The notes beneath the pieces were generated by a model, which saw only the letters and a list, made by a program, of their open reading frames with translations, was not told the DNA's origin and did not search any database. From positions 1 to 48,897 of IMG/VR virus record IMGVR_UViG_3300044580_000519: a stretch of 48,897 nt of DNA. One strand, given 5' to 3'. Made by a program: the position numbers and the translations under genes. The DNA is from a virus (lineage: Duplodnaviria; Caudoviricetes). The stretch's first letter is position 1. Each line of letters opens with the position of its first letter. This document shows positions 36,872-45,847 of the stretch, piece by piece.

Positions 36872-37438
36872 TTATAGTAAGACGTTTTCAACTTGCTTTA
36901 CTCGCTCCCTAAATTCGGGGTTAAATTTGTAGTCGTCTTTGTATTTTCGTATGTAGTAAACTATTGTACTGTGGTTATGCTTCATTTCGTCGGCTATACG
37001 TTGAACCGTTGCGCCTTGCTCCCTACAATAGTGTGCGAATATCATACGGGCGTAGACTTGCTTTCTTTCCCGGCTTGGCCCTACTATATCGACAAAGGAA
37101 ATTCCCATAGCTTCGGCTATTGCTTCTTTTATCTCTATGAAGGTGGCTACTTCTTGGTATATAATTTGTTTCCCGGTAAATTCCGCTATCTTTTTTTCAA
37201 GCGTAGCCCCTTTTGAGTAAGCCCAATCCGGCAACAAATAAATAGCTTGGCAACCTATAAGTAATAGTATGTCCATAGCTATATGAACTTCCCAAGGTGC
37301 GTTATATGGAATACCGTTTTTAAGCGGGTTTACAACTTCGTAACCTTGTGCTATTAACTCACTTTCTATATTTTCAAACTTAGCCTTTGTTTCATCAAAG
37401 GGAAGGCCGCTAATTTGTCCCGAAATGTATATTTTCAT
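36872..37438 (-). CDS. DUF4406-like domain fused to DnaA C-terminal-like HTH
   Basis: KIYISGQISG..W..SKGATLE; SRERKQVYARMIF..NHSTIVY. Confidence 0.7.
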   Translation of the reverse strand: MKIYISGQISGLPFDETKAKFENIESELIAQGYEVVNPLKNGIPYNAPWEVHIAMDILLLIGCQAIYLLPDWAYSKGATLEKKIAEFTGKQIIYQEVATFIEIKEAIAEAMGISFVDIVGPSRERKQVYARMIFAHYCREQGATVQRIADEMKHNHSTIVYYIRKYKDDYKFNPEFRERVKQVENVLL

Positions 37439-38094
37439 TTTCTATAAGTCTTATTTGCAAAATGTATTCTATCGAACATTTCCGTAAAACGGTCGGCTAT
37501 TCTTTCGCCGTACTTTTCCCGTAATTGTTCTTCTCCTAAATTGCTTGTCATTATCGTAAATAATTGCCGATCGTACCGGTAGTAAATTGTATCTACGAAG
37601 GGGCTTATTTCATTCCCCCAAACCTTAATAATTGAAGGTTCTACCCCTACGTCGTCAATAGCCAATAATTCGGCTTTTTGTAATATCTCAAATCGCCCGT
37701 TTTCTTCTTTGGCTATATTAGCAAGTTCCAACGCTGAAACGGTAGCTATTCCTTTTCTTTCGTTGCTATATGCTGAATCGTAAAGAAGTCCTATAAGTCT
37801 CCTTATCGCTTTTATTAGGGTTGTTTTTCCGTTACCTACAGAACCGTATAAAAGAAGTCCGGGTTTGAAGTTTCCTACTATCCACTTAGCCGCTTTATTT
37901 AAGTGTTCGGTAGTTGCTTCGTCGTCCTTAAACGTAAATCCGCGCCTTACAACTTCGTCTATATAACATTCGCGTAGCATTGCCGGAATGTCTTCTGTAT
38001 ATCGGTCTATCTTAAAGCGTTGTTCTAAAGGTTTCCTTTGTAGAATCTCCCGAAACTGCTGTATGTTTATTCTTTGCGGTTCCTGTTTTTCCAT
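37435..38094 (-). CDS. DnaC/IstB-like AAA+ helicase loader
   Basis: GSVGNGKT, LLAIDDVG, TSNL, YGERIADRF. Confidence 0.88.
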   Translation of the reverse strand: MEKQEPQRINIQQFREILQRKPLEQRFKIDRYTEDIPAMLRECYIDEVVRRGFTFKDDEATTEHLNKAAKWIVGNFKPGLLLYGSVGNGKTTLIKAIRRLIGLLYDSAYSNERKGIATVSALELANIAKEENGRFEILQKAELLAIDDVGVEPSIIKVWGNEISPFVDTIYYRYDRQLFTIMTSNLGEEQLREKYGERIADRFTEMFDRIHFANKTYRK

Positions 38095-38719
38095 TGCCGT
38101 TTTCGTTAAATCCGTTTTTCTCCCAAGTACGAACGGCCGCCTTCCAATCCTTCATAGGGTTTTTTCCAACCTTCCAACCGTTAGACGTGTAGTGGTCTAT
38201 CCATTGTTGTGGGTCTACGCCGTTCCCGCGCTCTTTACAATATTCCGTAACTTCTTCTAAGGTAGGTTTTACAAATAGCTTGTTTTTACCTTCCGTTCCC
38301 TTAGCTTCGCACGCTTTTTTAGTCGCTGGCAAGGGGGTAGTAAGGGGCTTAGTTGTTCCTTCTTGGCTCCATTTAGTCAATACGTCAAGTAGTTGATATT
38401 TATTTAACTTCTCAATAGCCGACCGGTGGGCCGGGTTCTTTTCGTTTAATTCGGTTCCGTATTGGAATTCTATAAAGTCGGGAAGAAAAGCCTTAGCGTC
38501 GTTATTAAAGAAGTGAATCCTACCGTTAAACGCTTGCTTTATTTCGTCCAAACTGTATTTATGTCCGCAGAACAATTCCGCCGCTTCTATATCTACTTCC
38601 AATATCCCCGCGTTATCACATTCGCAAAAAAAGTAAACCCATAGCAACTTATAAGCCCCTTTTAACCCCCTTACAAAGCGTTTTTTAAATAGGTCTGAAT
38701 CTATAAATCTTTTAGCCAT
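38012..38719 (-). CDS. Replication initiator protein
   Basis: N-terminal wHTH (CDNAG), C-terminal FVKPTLEEV..Y..NGWKVGKNPMKDWKAAVRTWE; precedes loader. Confidence 0.8.
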   Translation of the reverse strand: MAKRFIDSDLFKKRFVRGLKGAYKLLWVYFFCECDNAGILEVDIEAAELFCGHKYSLDEIKQAFNGRIHFFNNDAKAFLPDFIEFQYGTELNEKNPAHRSAIEKLNKYQLLDVLTKWSQEGTTKPLTTPLPATKKACEAKGTEGKNKLFVKPTLEEVTEYCKERGNGVDPQQWIDHYTSNGWKVGKNPMKDWKAAVRTWEKNGFNENGNGKTGTAKNKHTAVSGDSTKETFRTTL

Positions 38720-38773
38720 ATCTTTGAAAGGTTAAGGCTATACCGCCCGAAGCCGGTATAACCTGAATTAGTG

Positions 38774-39517
38774 TTATTGTTCAATTATCGCAATTTCGGG
38801 GCTTATTTCCCGGATAGCTTCTACTTGCTCGTTTATTGCTTCGTCCCGCATTTCTTCTATAATTTGGTTGGCGGCAGGGCTGAAAAGCTGTAAATAAACG
38901 TCGCTTCCGTCTATCGTAGCGTAAACTTCTACCTGAACGCTCGCGGGTGCAACTCCCTTAAAAATCGGAATTGTAAGCGTAAAGGCTTCCGGTAAGTTGC
39001 TATTAACAACTTGGCCGTAACTCATTTTCATACTACCGTTTTCCTTACTCTGTCTATCCATTGAAGAATTAACGGTAGCCGAAAAGTTTTTTAAGTCGCT
39101 TACTAACTTCATATTCTCGTCCCGGTTCGGGAAAAATGCCCGGTTCATTTTGAAGAATTGCCCCAATTCGGCCGGTTCCCATGTCCTTTTTTGGTTTATT
39201 CCGAATTCTAAAAACTTAGGGTGTAAACTCAAAGCCCCTACTACCTTACCGCTTAAATATTCGTCGTTTTCCGCCGTAATAAGGGTAATAGTAAGTTTTT
39301 CGCGGTTTACTATTACGTGGCAACGTTTAGGGTTAATTTGGTCTTCTTCCGAACCCCGTTTAGTAAGGAATTCTACCGGCGCGCTAATAACGCCGCAAAT
39401 GTCAATTTTTACCGGGGCCTTTGGGTCTAAAACTTTAGGGGCCGCGCCTTCTCTTAATACTACTTCGGCATGGGCTACACCTTGCCCTAAGTTAATTTGT
39501 AATTTCTCGTTTTGCAT
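38774..39517 (-). CDS. Conserved phage hypothetical protein
   Basis: 247-aa ORF in early operon. Confidence 0.7.
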   Translation of the reverse strand: MQNEKLQINLGQGVAHAEVVLREGAAPKVLDPKAPVKIDICGVISAPVEFLTKRGSEEDQINPKRCHVIVNREKLTITLITAENDEYLSGKVVGALSLHPKFLEFGINQKRTWEPAELGQFFKMNRAFFPNRDENMKLVSDLKNFSATVNSSMDRQSKENGSMKMSYGQVVNSNLPEAFTLTIPIFKGVAPASVQVEVYATIDGSDVYLQLFSPAANQIIEEMRDEAINEQVEAIREISPEIAIIEQ

Positions 39518-39528
39518 GATTGAAAAAA

Positions 39529-39960
39529 TTAATTATTAGTACCTGTTTTTCTCTTTACGTGGAATATATTACCCTGCAATTCGTCCGGGTAAGCGGGTCG
39601 ACTCTCTATTAGGTCGCCGTCCGCGTTATAGTATCCTACTTCGCGAACTTCCATATCTACGAATTTGTAGCACTTTTCCGTAACGTATTCCGCTTTGTTT
39701 TTAAGGCCTTTTAGTAGCCTTTTCCGTTCGTCCGTTAAAGGTTCAAGGCGCGCCTTAAAATCCTTTACTACTTCTTTTTTTTCTTCTTCAATATCGTTAA
39801 TCTCGATATCGGTTTCGGAAAGCCCTTCTTTCATTCGTGCCATTTCTTCGGTGGTAAATCTTTTCATATACCCCTTTTCTTCTATTTTGTCGCAGTTGCT
39901 TTCCAAGAAGTCGATACGCCTTGCGCCCGCTTCAATGTCTTTACCTAATTCCCTATCCAT
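39529..39960 (-). CDS. Hypothetical coiled-coil protein
   Basis: 143-aa ORF in early operon. Confidence 0.7.
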   Translation of the reverse strand: MDRELGKDIEAGARRIDFLESNCDKIEEKGYMKRFTTEEMARMKEGLSETDIEINDIEEEKKEVVKDFKARLEPLTDERKRLLKGLKNKAEYVTEKCYKFVDMEVREVGYYNADGDLIESRPAYPDELQGNIFHVKRKTGTNN

Positions 39961-39963
39961 AGC

Positions 39964-40491
39964 TTATTTTATTAAAAGGAAATCGTTATAAAGGCCTTCA
40001 AACGTTTTTCCGGCGTACGCGGCGAGTTCAAGTGTTTTAAAGCAAAGCCGGGAGCAGATATACGTATACGTATGCGTGGCCGTGTGAATCGAATACGCGC
40101 AGCCGAAACCCGCAGAATGTTGGTTATATACGAACCAAGGCCAATACTTATACTCGTTGCTATTAGTCCAATCCGGCCGCCAACCTTCGTTAAGGGCTTC
40201 GCCAATGGTTTTTAGCTTACGGTAGGCTATTTCGTCTTTTGTAAAACCTAACTTTTGTAGAACTTCGTCTACAATTGGTTCAACTCCAAGAACCGCGCAA
40301 GCGTCGGCGTAATTTCTTACCCGCTTAATATCCTTCGGGTTTGTTTTGGCTACGGCTTTTAAAGTCGTAACTTCTACACCTAACTTTTCGGCCAAGCGTT
40401 CCGCTTCTTTGGTAGCCGCCGTTTCGTCTTCATACTTAACCGTAGGCGCGCCTTGGCCTTCGGCGTAATTCATAAAAAAGTCTTTTTTCAT
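39964..40491 (-). CDS. Remote DGR target protein A (175 aa, unknown function)
   Basis: Contains VR2; paralog of 42445-42855 (DACxVLG, ALNEGWxPxW, EYKY, SRLCFK). Confidence 0.9.
   Translation of the reverse strand: MKKDFFMNYAEGQGAPTVKYEDETAATKEAERLAEKLGVEVTTLKAVAKTNPKDIKRVRNYADACAVLGVEPIVDEVLQKLGFTKDEIAYRKLKTIGEALNEGWRPDWTNSNEYKYWPWFVYNQHSAGFGCAYSIHTATHTYTYICSRLCFKTLELAAYAGKTFEGLYNDFLLIK
40039..40116 (-). repeat. Variable repeat VR2
   Basis: 78 nt vs TR 2988-3065: 17 mismatches, all at TR adenines. Confidence 0.96.
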
Positions 40492-40503
40492 TTTTCTAAA
40501 ATT

Positions 40504-40903
40504 TTAAATATCAAATAAATTACCCTGTTTTCCTTCCCTTGCCTGTTGGTAAAGAATTCGCCTTTGTCGCGCAATGCTTAACCGTACCGCTCTTATAGCG
40601 TCTTCGCGTCCTTTAAGGCTTTCTTCGTATTCCAAAAGTTCGGCTTCCGTTTCTGCAATAAAATAATCTTCCGAAGTTGCTATAAGACCCGGTATAAGGT
40701 CGTTAGTACGAATGTGGTTTATAATCTTTCTTACCCGTGCGTCTGAAATCTTATAAGCGGGTTTTAGCGTTGCTACTATTGCTTGTTTGTAACCGCGCTA
40801 TTATGTCCTATTTTCGTTTGTAAACCCCGAACCAAAAGCGGAAGAAGTACCCCCGTTTCGTAATCGGTTAAGGGTTGCGTTTCATTATCAAATCCTTTTA
40901 ATG
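40504..40903 (-). pseudogene. Frameshifted winged-helix-like gene (KGFDNETQPLTDYE..ISDARVRKIINHIR..)
   Basis: No ATG start; 1-nt frameshift near 40781 joins two coding-like frames ending TAA 40504-40506. Confidence 0.7.
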
Positions 40904-40904
40904 G

Positions 40905-41645
40905 CTAAAAAGGGGTTTTATTAAAGTTTATTTCTAATCCCGGTTCCGCTATAAATACCCTTTTCCCGGTAGCTTCCTTTATTCCTTCTTGGAAGGCCTT
41001 AGCGTCGCTATTACCGTCTGATAAGTGTATCAAAACAATGTTATTTACTGCTTTAATGTCATTAGCTTGCAGCGCGTCTAAACAATGTTTATAGCTGAAA
41101 TGTGATTTTATAATACGGTTGCGAACAATAGAAGGAACACGCCCGGCGGCTATATTTGCTTCTAAAATATCTAACCGGTAATTACATTCTATCAATACGT
41201 TATTAAGGCCCGCGAACTTACAAGGCAAGTAATAAGTATCGGTAGCAAACAGAACCTTTCCCGTTTCTTCGTGGTTAATGAAGAACCCCAAAGGTTCCGC
41301 GCAATCGTGCATAACATTGAAGGGTATAATTTGGAATCCGCCCAACTTAAAAAGCGCGCCGGCTTCACAATAAAGCGGGAGCCGGTCGCCTTTTATAGTC
41401 AAATTCTTAATAGTCCCTTCCGATGCAAATACGGGAATACAAGCCCCTAAAAACTCGTTAATATATCCGGCATGGTCTTTATGTTCGTGGGTAATTAGGC
41501 AGCCTATAACCTTCTTTATATTGAAGTCTAACGCGCGTTTTACTTCCGCAAACTTTACCCCAGCTTCCAATATAAGGGCTTCGCGTTCGTTCTCCAATAG
41601 GTAGCAATTACCACAGCTACTACTGCCTAATACTTTCAAAATCAT
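40905..41645 (-). CDS. Metallo-beta-lactamase-fold hydrolase (probable exonuclease)
   Basis: LGSSSCGN, THEHKDH, HD, TDT, IHLS motifs. Confidence 0.9.
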   Translation of the reverse strand: MILKVLGSSSCGNCYLLENEREALILEAGVKFAEVKRALDFNIKKVIGCLITHEHKDHAGYINEFLGACIPVFASEGTIKNLTIKGDRLPLYCEAGALFKLGGFQIIPFNVMHDCAEPLGFFINHEETGKVLFATDTYYLPCKFAGLNNVLIECNYRLDILEANIAAGRVPSIVRNRIIKSHFSYKHCLDALQANDIKAVNNIVLIHLSDGNSDAKAFQEGIKEATGKRVFIAEPGLEINFNKTPF

Positions 41646-41647
41646 AA

Positions 41648-42448
41648 TTAAAAGACGGGAGTTTTAGTTTTATTTTTAGGGGTAGCTTCCGGGCCTGGCC
41701 CTTCCGGTTGTTGGTCGAAATTTAAAGTACCGTCCGCGTTAGCTTTGGTAGCTATTTCGCTTTCTACCGTTTCCGTTACGTCTTCGTGCGTAATATCTAC
41801 TACGCTACTTTGTTCGTCGGCTTCTCCGAAGTCGCAACCCGTAATATATTCGTATAGGGCTTTTTTGGCGCGTCTTTCCGCTTTCCCGCGTAATTGGTCG
41901 GGGCTGCTATATTCGTCCTTCTTTACCGTAGCTATCACCCCGAAGCTGTTTTTTTCGCCGTTATGTTCGTAATTGATTTTACAGGGTATTTCCGCGAAGT
42001 TTGGGTTTTGCCCTTTATCAAAAGAAACATCTATAAAATACTTAACCCCAAGGCGTCGAAGAAGGGCGGTATAGCCTTCTTTGGTAGGGTACATCCGTTC
42101 CGCAATAATATTAAATTGGTTTCCGGTAGGAAGAAGCCCAATACTAACCGCGTCTATAATTGCGTCCCTAACTACCGGAATAGTATAAACCGGAAGGGCC
42201 GGACGGCCGTTGCTTCTTGGTCTACCGTTTCGGTCGGTAAGAAAGCCTACTTTCGTATTCATAAGCGGCATAAACACCTTATTCATAACTTCGTCCGTTA
42301 ATGCTTCCCGAAGCAAGGCAATAACATTAACCGCCGTAAAAGCGGCCCCAAAGTTGTTTACAATCTGCAACGCCGAAGCGTCTTTACAGGCTAATTCAAA
42401 TTTCATTTTCGCCTGTTCAATTACTGTTAAACCTGTTTCTTGGCTCAT
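41648..42448 (-). CDS. Putative single-strand annealing recombinase (RecT-like)
   Basis: Position between SMC-like ATPase and MBL nuclease; acidic flexible C-terminus; family not confirmed. Confidence 0.5.
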   Translation of the reverse strand: MSQETGLTVIEQAKMKFELACKDASALQIVNNFGAAFTAVNVIALLREALTDEVMNKVFMPLMNTKVGFLTDRNGRPRSNGRPALPVYTIPVVRDAIIDAVSIGLLPTGNQFNIIAERMYPTKEGYTALLRRLGVKYFIDVSFDKGQNPNFAEIPCKINYEHNGEKNSFGVIATVKKDEYSSPDQLRGKAERRAKKALYEYITGCDFGEADEQSSVVDITHEDVTETVESEIATKANADGTLNFDQQPEGPGPEATPKNKTKTPVF

Positions 42449-42855
42449 TTTCCGTAATTTTTAGGAAGTTCAATAAATAAATATTCAAAATATAAATCCC
42501 GGAATTGAACGCGCGCGTAGCGTGCTAACGTGTCGCTTTTAAAGCAAAGCCGGGAGTTGATATTCGGATACGTATTCGTGGCCGTGCTATTCGCATACGC
42601 GTAGCCGAAACCCGCAGAATCCAAATAGAACCAATTAAAATACTTGTATTCGTTCCAATCATTCCAATTTGGTTCCCAGCCTTCATTAAGGGCGCGAATT
42701 ATTACCGTTAGCTTATAGTAAGCTATAATAGACTTGCGGTCTTTTTCGGGCAATAAATCTACTACCGGGAGTTGTTTAGGGTCTAAGCCCAATACCTTAC
42801 AAGCGTCCTCAAACGTTTTTACCTTGTCGGTAATCTTTATTTCTTCTTTTTTCAT
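42445..42855 (-). CDS. Remote DGR target protein B (136 aa, unknown function)
   Basis: Contains VR3; paralog of 39964-40491. Confidence 0.9.
   Translation of the reverse strand: MKKEEIKITDKVKTFEDACKVLGLDPKQLPVVDLLPEKDRKSIIAYYKLTVIIRALNEGWEPNWNDWNEYKYFNWFYLDSAGFGYAYANSTATNTYPNINSRLCFKSDTLARYARVQFRDLYFEYLFIELPKNYGK
42541..42618 (-). repeat. Variable repeat VR3
   Basis: 78 nt vs TR 2988-3065: 12 mismatches, all at TR adenines. Confidence 0.96.
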
Positions 42856-42874
42856 ACTTTTAATTTTTGAAAGT

Positions 42875-44905
42875 TTATATAATTGTTAATTCTTCGTCGC
42901 GTGTAACGACTAATTTTATTAGCTGGGAAGTAACCGGGAACACTTCGTTTACCCCTTCGGCGTTGTCTATGAAAATAGGCGCGCTTACTTCGTGGAAATC
43001 GCAAAGCGTATTAATAATATCCAATCCAATATTTATTTTATCGGCGTTATTGGTATCTAAGAATTTCGCCCCTGTAGTTTTGCTTATTAGAATACAGTCC
43101 GGCTTTTCGCCGCCGTTTATTTGCTTGGAATACATACGGAATTTTACTAATTGGAACTTTTCGTTTACCCGGCGTTCTACTTCTTCCATACGTGCCTTTG
43201 TAAATTCATCTATTACAAATTCTTGTTTTTCTAAGTCTGCCTTTTGTTGGGCTAAGTCCTTTTCTTGGGTTAGAAGTTCGGCCTTTCTTTTGTCGTTACT
43301 CTCTATCACAGAACGAAGGGAAAGTTTACGTTTAACTTCGTCCAATTCGGCCGTAAGGCTTCTTTTTTGTGCTGTAAGTTCTGCATTATCGGTAACGGGG
43401 TCTTCCCCTACGGAAGAAGATAGGGCGTTAATTTTGGCTTCTAATTCGTTCCAAGCTGGCAAGTCTTCCCCTTTGATATTAGTATTTATTTCTACCAAAG
43501 GGGTATTTTTAATAAGGTCGCTTAAACGTCCTAATTCCGTAGAATATTCCGTTTTCTTGTTAGAAATTTCGGTAGTTCTTTCGGCAAGCTGCTTATTATA
43601 ATCTTCTAAAACTTTTTGCTTTTCCGCTATTTGATTGTTTAATTCGCAACCGGCGTTATAAATTGCTTGTAAGGCTTCTTCTTTTTTTTCTTCAAATGCT
43701 TTTTTTGCCTTTTCCTTTGCTTCGGAATCCATTTTTAATACGCTGGCATCCGAACAAAGAAGCGTTTTATATATCGGGCAAGTAAGGCCGGTAGTAGAAA
43801 CCTGGTAAGTTTCTTCGTCCTTCTCGCTCCATTCTTTACGCTTGGCTTCTACCTTCGTATTAAGTCCTTCTATTTCTGCTTTTGTAGTAGAAATATTTCG
43901 GTTTATATCGCTTATTTCCCTATCGGAAGAAGCTATATAGCTATCAAATTCGCGCTTCTTTGCTTCGTATTGGTTCTTTACTTCGTTGGCCTTTGCGTTC
44001 TTTTCGTATCCTTCTTTTTGTGCTGTTTGTTTGGCTTCAAAAAGTATATTTTGTTGCTCTGAACGGAAGGCGTTAATTTCCTTTTGAATACCTTGTACCT
44101 TTTCGTAGTGTTCCCGGTTGGCTTTAGACTTATCGTTCATAGCCGTATCCACTTCGTCCAATGCCTTGGTAAGCCTTTCCTTTTCGGTTTCCAATACTTT
44201 GTCAGGTGTAACCGGCGTATTACGGGTAATTTCATCTATCCGCGTCGGTATTTTGTCTAATTCTTCTTGTATTTTCTTCTTCCGGGCCGAAATTTCCGCC
44301 TTAAATTCGGCTAAGTCTTTCCCGGAAAGCTGCGTAAGAATTGCCTTAAATTCTGCTTTGGAATTGGCTATTTCTTCGTATGATACCCCACCGGCAATTT
44401 GCAAAAGTATTTCCCGTTGTACTTGCCAATCTAACCCAGCAAAGTGAAGCGGGTTAGTAATCATCTTAAATAATTGTTCTTCTATAAGGGCGTTTATTTT
44501 TGCCTTATATTCGCTTTCCTTCAACGGAACCCCGTTATAGAAGTATTCCGTAGTGTGTCCTTCGAGTATAGCATCCGAACTACCCCGTTTTGTTACCCAT
44601 TTTTCCGTATATCGGCGTTTAATAGTAATTTCTTCGCCGTTTACGTCTAAAACTACCGTTACTTCGTGGTCTAATTTTTCGTAGGGGTTCCCGTCCGGGC
44701 CTACCGTTTTTATACCAAACTTGGTATCACTATTACCCTGTGCGTCTTTCCCGAACAAAGCCCAAGTAAACGCGTCGTTAATTGTACTTTTACCCGTTGC
44801 ATTTGCCCCGCGTATTTCCGTCCTTTGTCCGAACTCAATAGTACGGTTTCTAATACCCTTAAAGTTTAAAAGGGTCATTTCTTTTACTGTTACATTCTTT
44901 TTCAT
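42875..44905 (-). CDS. Rad50/SbcC-like coiled-coil ATPase
   Basis: LLNFKG, GANATGKST Walker A, long coiled coil, PIFIDNAE Walker B. Confidence 0.88.
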   Translation of the reverse strand: MKKNVTVKEMTLLNFKGIRNRTIEFGQRTEIRGANATGKSTINDAFTWALFGKDAQGNSDTKFGIKTVGPDGNPYEKLDHEVTVVLDVNGEEITIKRRYTEKWVTKRGSSDAILEGHTTEYFYNGVPLKESEYKAKINALIEEQLFKMITNPLHFAGLDWQVQREILLQIAGGVSYEEIANSKAEFKAILTQLSGKDLAEFKAEISARKKKIQEELDKIPTRIDEITRNTPVTPDKVLETEKERLTKALDEVDTAMNDKSKANREHYEKVQGIQKEINAFRSEQQNILFEAKQTAQKEGYEKNAKANEVKNQYEAKKREFDSYIASSDREISDINRNISTTKAEIEGLNTKVEAKRKEWSEKDEETYQVSTTGLTCPIYKTLLCSDASVLKMDSEAKEKAKKAFEEKKEEALQAIYNAGCELNNQIAEKQKVLEDYNKQLAERTTEISNKKTEYSTELGRLSDLIKNTPLVEINTNIKGEDLPAWNELEAKINALSSSVGEDPVTDNAELTAQKRSLTAELDEVKRKLSLRSVIESNDKRKAELLTQEKDLAQQKADLEKQEFVIDEFTKARMEEVERRVNEKFQLVKFRMYSKQINGGEKPDCILISKTTGAKFLDTNNADKINIGLDIINTLCDFHEVSAPIFIDNAEGVNEVFPVTSQLIKLVVTRDEELTII

Positions 44906-44907
44906 AA

Positions 44908-45210
44908 CTATTTTTTCTTAGTGTATTTCTTTTTTTCTATCCTTCCGGCAAGTGTTATCGCTTTGTCCGCGTCTACTATTATAAGGTTCCCTATTTGCCT
45001 TATTGCCCCGTCTATTTTTCCGCTTTGCTTTATCCGGTTGGCGGTCGTTTTTGAACAGTTAAATAATTCGGCAATTCCGGCAAGCCCGTAAACGTATCGC
45101 TTGTTTTCTTGGGTAGTGTCTACAACTACCTTAGTGTTTACCCGTTCTTCTATAAGGTCTAAAAAATCCCCTACAGTTACGTCTATAAGCCGTTTATTCA
45201 AGTCTGCCAT
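44908..45210 (-). CDS. DUF3853-like excisionase/DNA-binding protein (start revised to ATG 45210)
   Basis: YVYGLAGIAELFNCSKTTANRIKQSGKID motif. Confidence 0.8.
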   Translation of the reverse strand: MADLNKRLIDVTVGDFLDLIEERVNTKVVVDTTQENKRYVYGLAGIAELFNCSKTTANRIKQSGKIDGAIRQIGNLIIVDADKAITLAGRIEKKKYTKKK

Positions 45211-45436
45211 AATCCGTAAAACCTTGTAATTTGGTAGCGTCCTTTGCAATCGTAAGCAGAAACCTTTCGTATTCTGATATTGGCATATCGTTACGGCGGC
45301 CTATTTCTTCATTGTCCCGGAATATCCTAATTTCTCCGGTCTGAATGTTTGATACAACCTTAACCCTATCGCTAAATGTGTGAATCATTAGGTTATCGGC
45401 CGTAATAAATTCCGTGTTCCAACTAAGTTTATCCAT
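45194..45436 (-). CDS. Hypothetical protein
   Basis: 80-aa ORF in early operon. Confidence 0.6.
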   Translation of the reverse strand: MDKLSWNTEFITADNLMIHTFSDRVKVVSNIQTGEIRIFRDNEEIGRRNDMPISEYERFLLTIAKDATKLQGFTDYGRLE

Positions 45437-45455
45437 ATTGATATTTTATTAAAAA

Positions 45456-45845
45456 TTAAACTTCTATTGTTTCGCCCCGCCTTCGTCCGCTCTTTATTAC
45501 TCGGCAAGTCCACGCGCTTTGTGTTTTTCTACCCCGGAATATTCTTACAAAATCTTCGTTTGAAGTTGTAATTTGTGGAAGTATAATTAGAAGTAACGCA
45601 ATAGAAAGAAGCCTACGCTTAATTGGAGAAAGGTCGAAAGAAACGCCGCAATGTGTACAAAACCACCATACGCACAATTCCGTAGCCTTCTGAATGCCTA
45701 TTTTTTCGTAGATATTCCTTGCGGTATTTTCTACCGTTCTAACCGAAATAAAAAGCTGGTCGGCGACTTCTTTCTTAGCAGCTCCCCAAGCTAATAACTC
45801 GGCTACTTCCGTTTCGCGCGGGGTTAATTCCGCGTTCTTTCTCAT
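45456..45845 (-). CDS. LuxR-type HTH regulator with hydrophobic C-terminal segment
   Basis: LTPRETEVAELLAWG..KEVADQLFISVRTVEN. Confidence 0.85.
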   Translation of the reverse strand: MRKNAELTPRETEVAELLAWGAAKKEVADQLFISVRTVENTARNIYEKIGIQKATELCVWWFCTHCGVSFDLSPIKRRLLSIALLLIILPQITTSNEDFVRIFRGRKTQSAWTCRVIKSGRRRGETIEV

Positions 45846-45847
45846 TG

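Noticed and set aside
39972-40205. Alternate-frame 77-aa ORF over VR2
   Set aside because: The 175-aa frame matches TR codon phase and paralog B
40039-42618. VR2/VR3 similarity as simple paralogy
   Set aside because: Identity is confined to the TR-matching 78 nt and every difference maps to a TR adenine
42867-43601. 244-aa plus-strand ORF
   Set aside because: Antisense shadow of the coiled-coil ATPase
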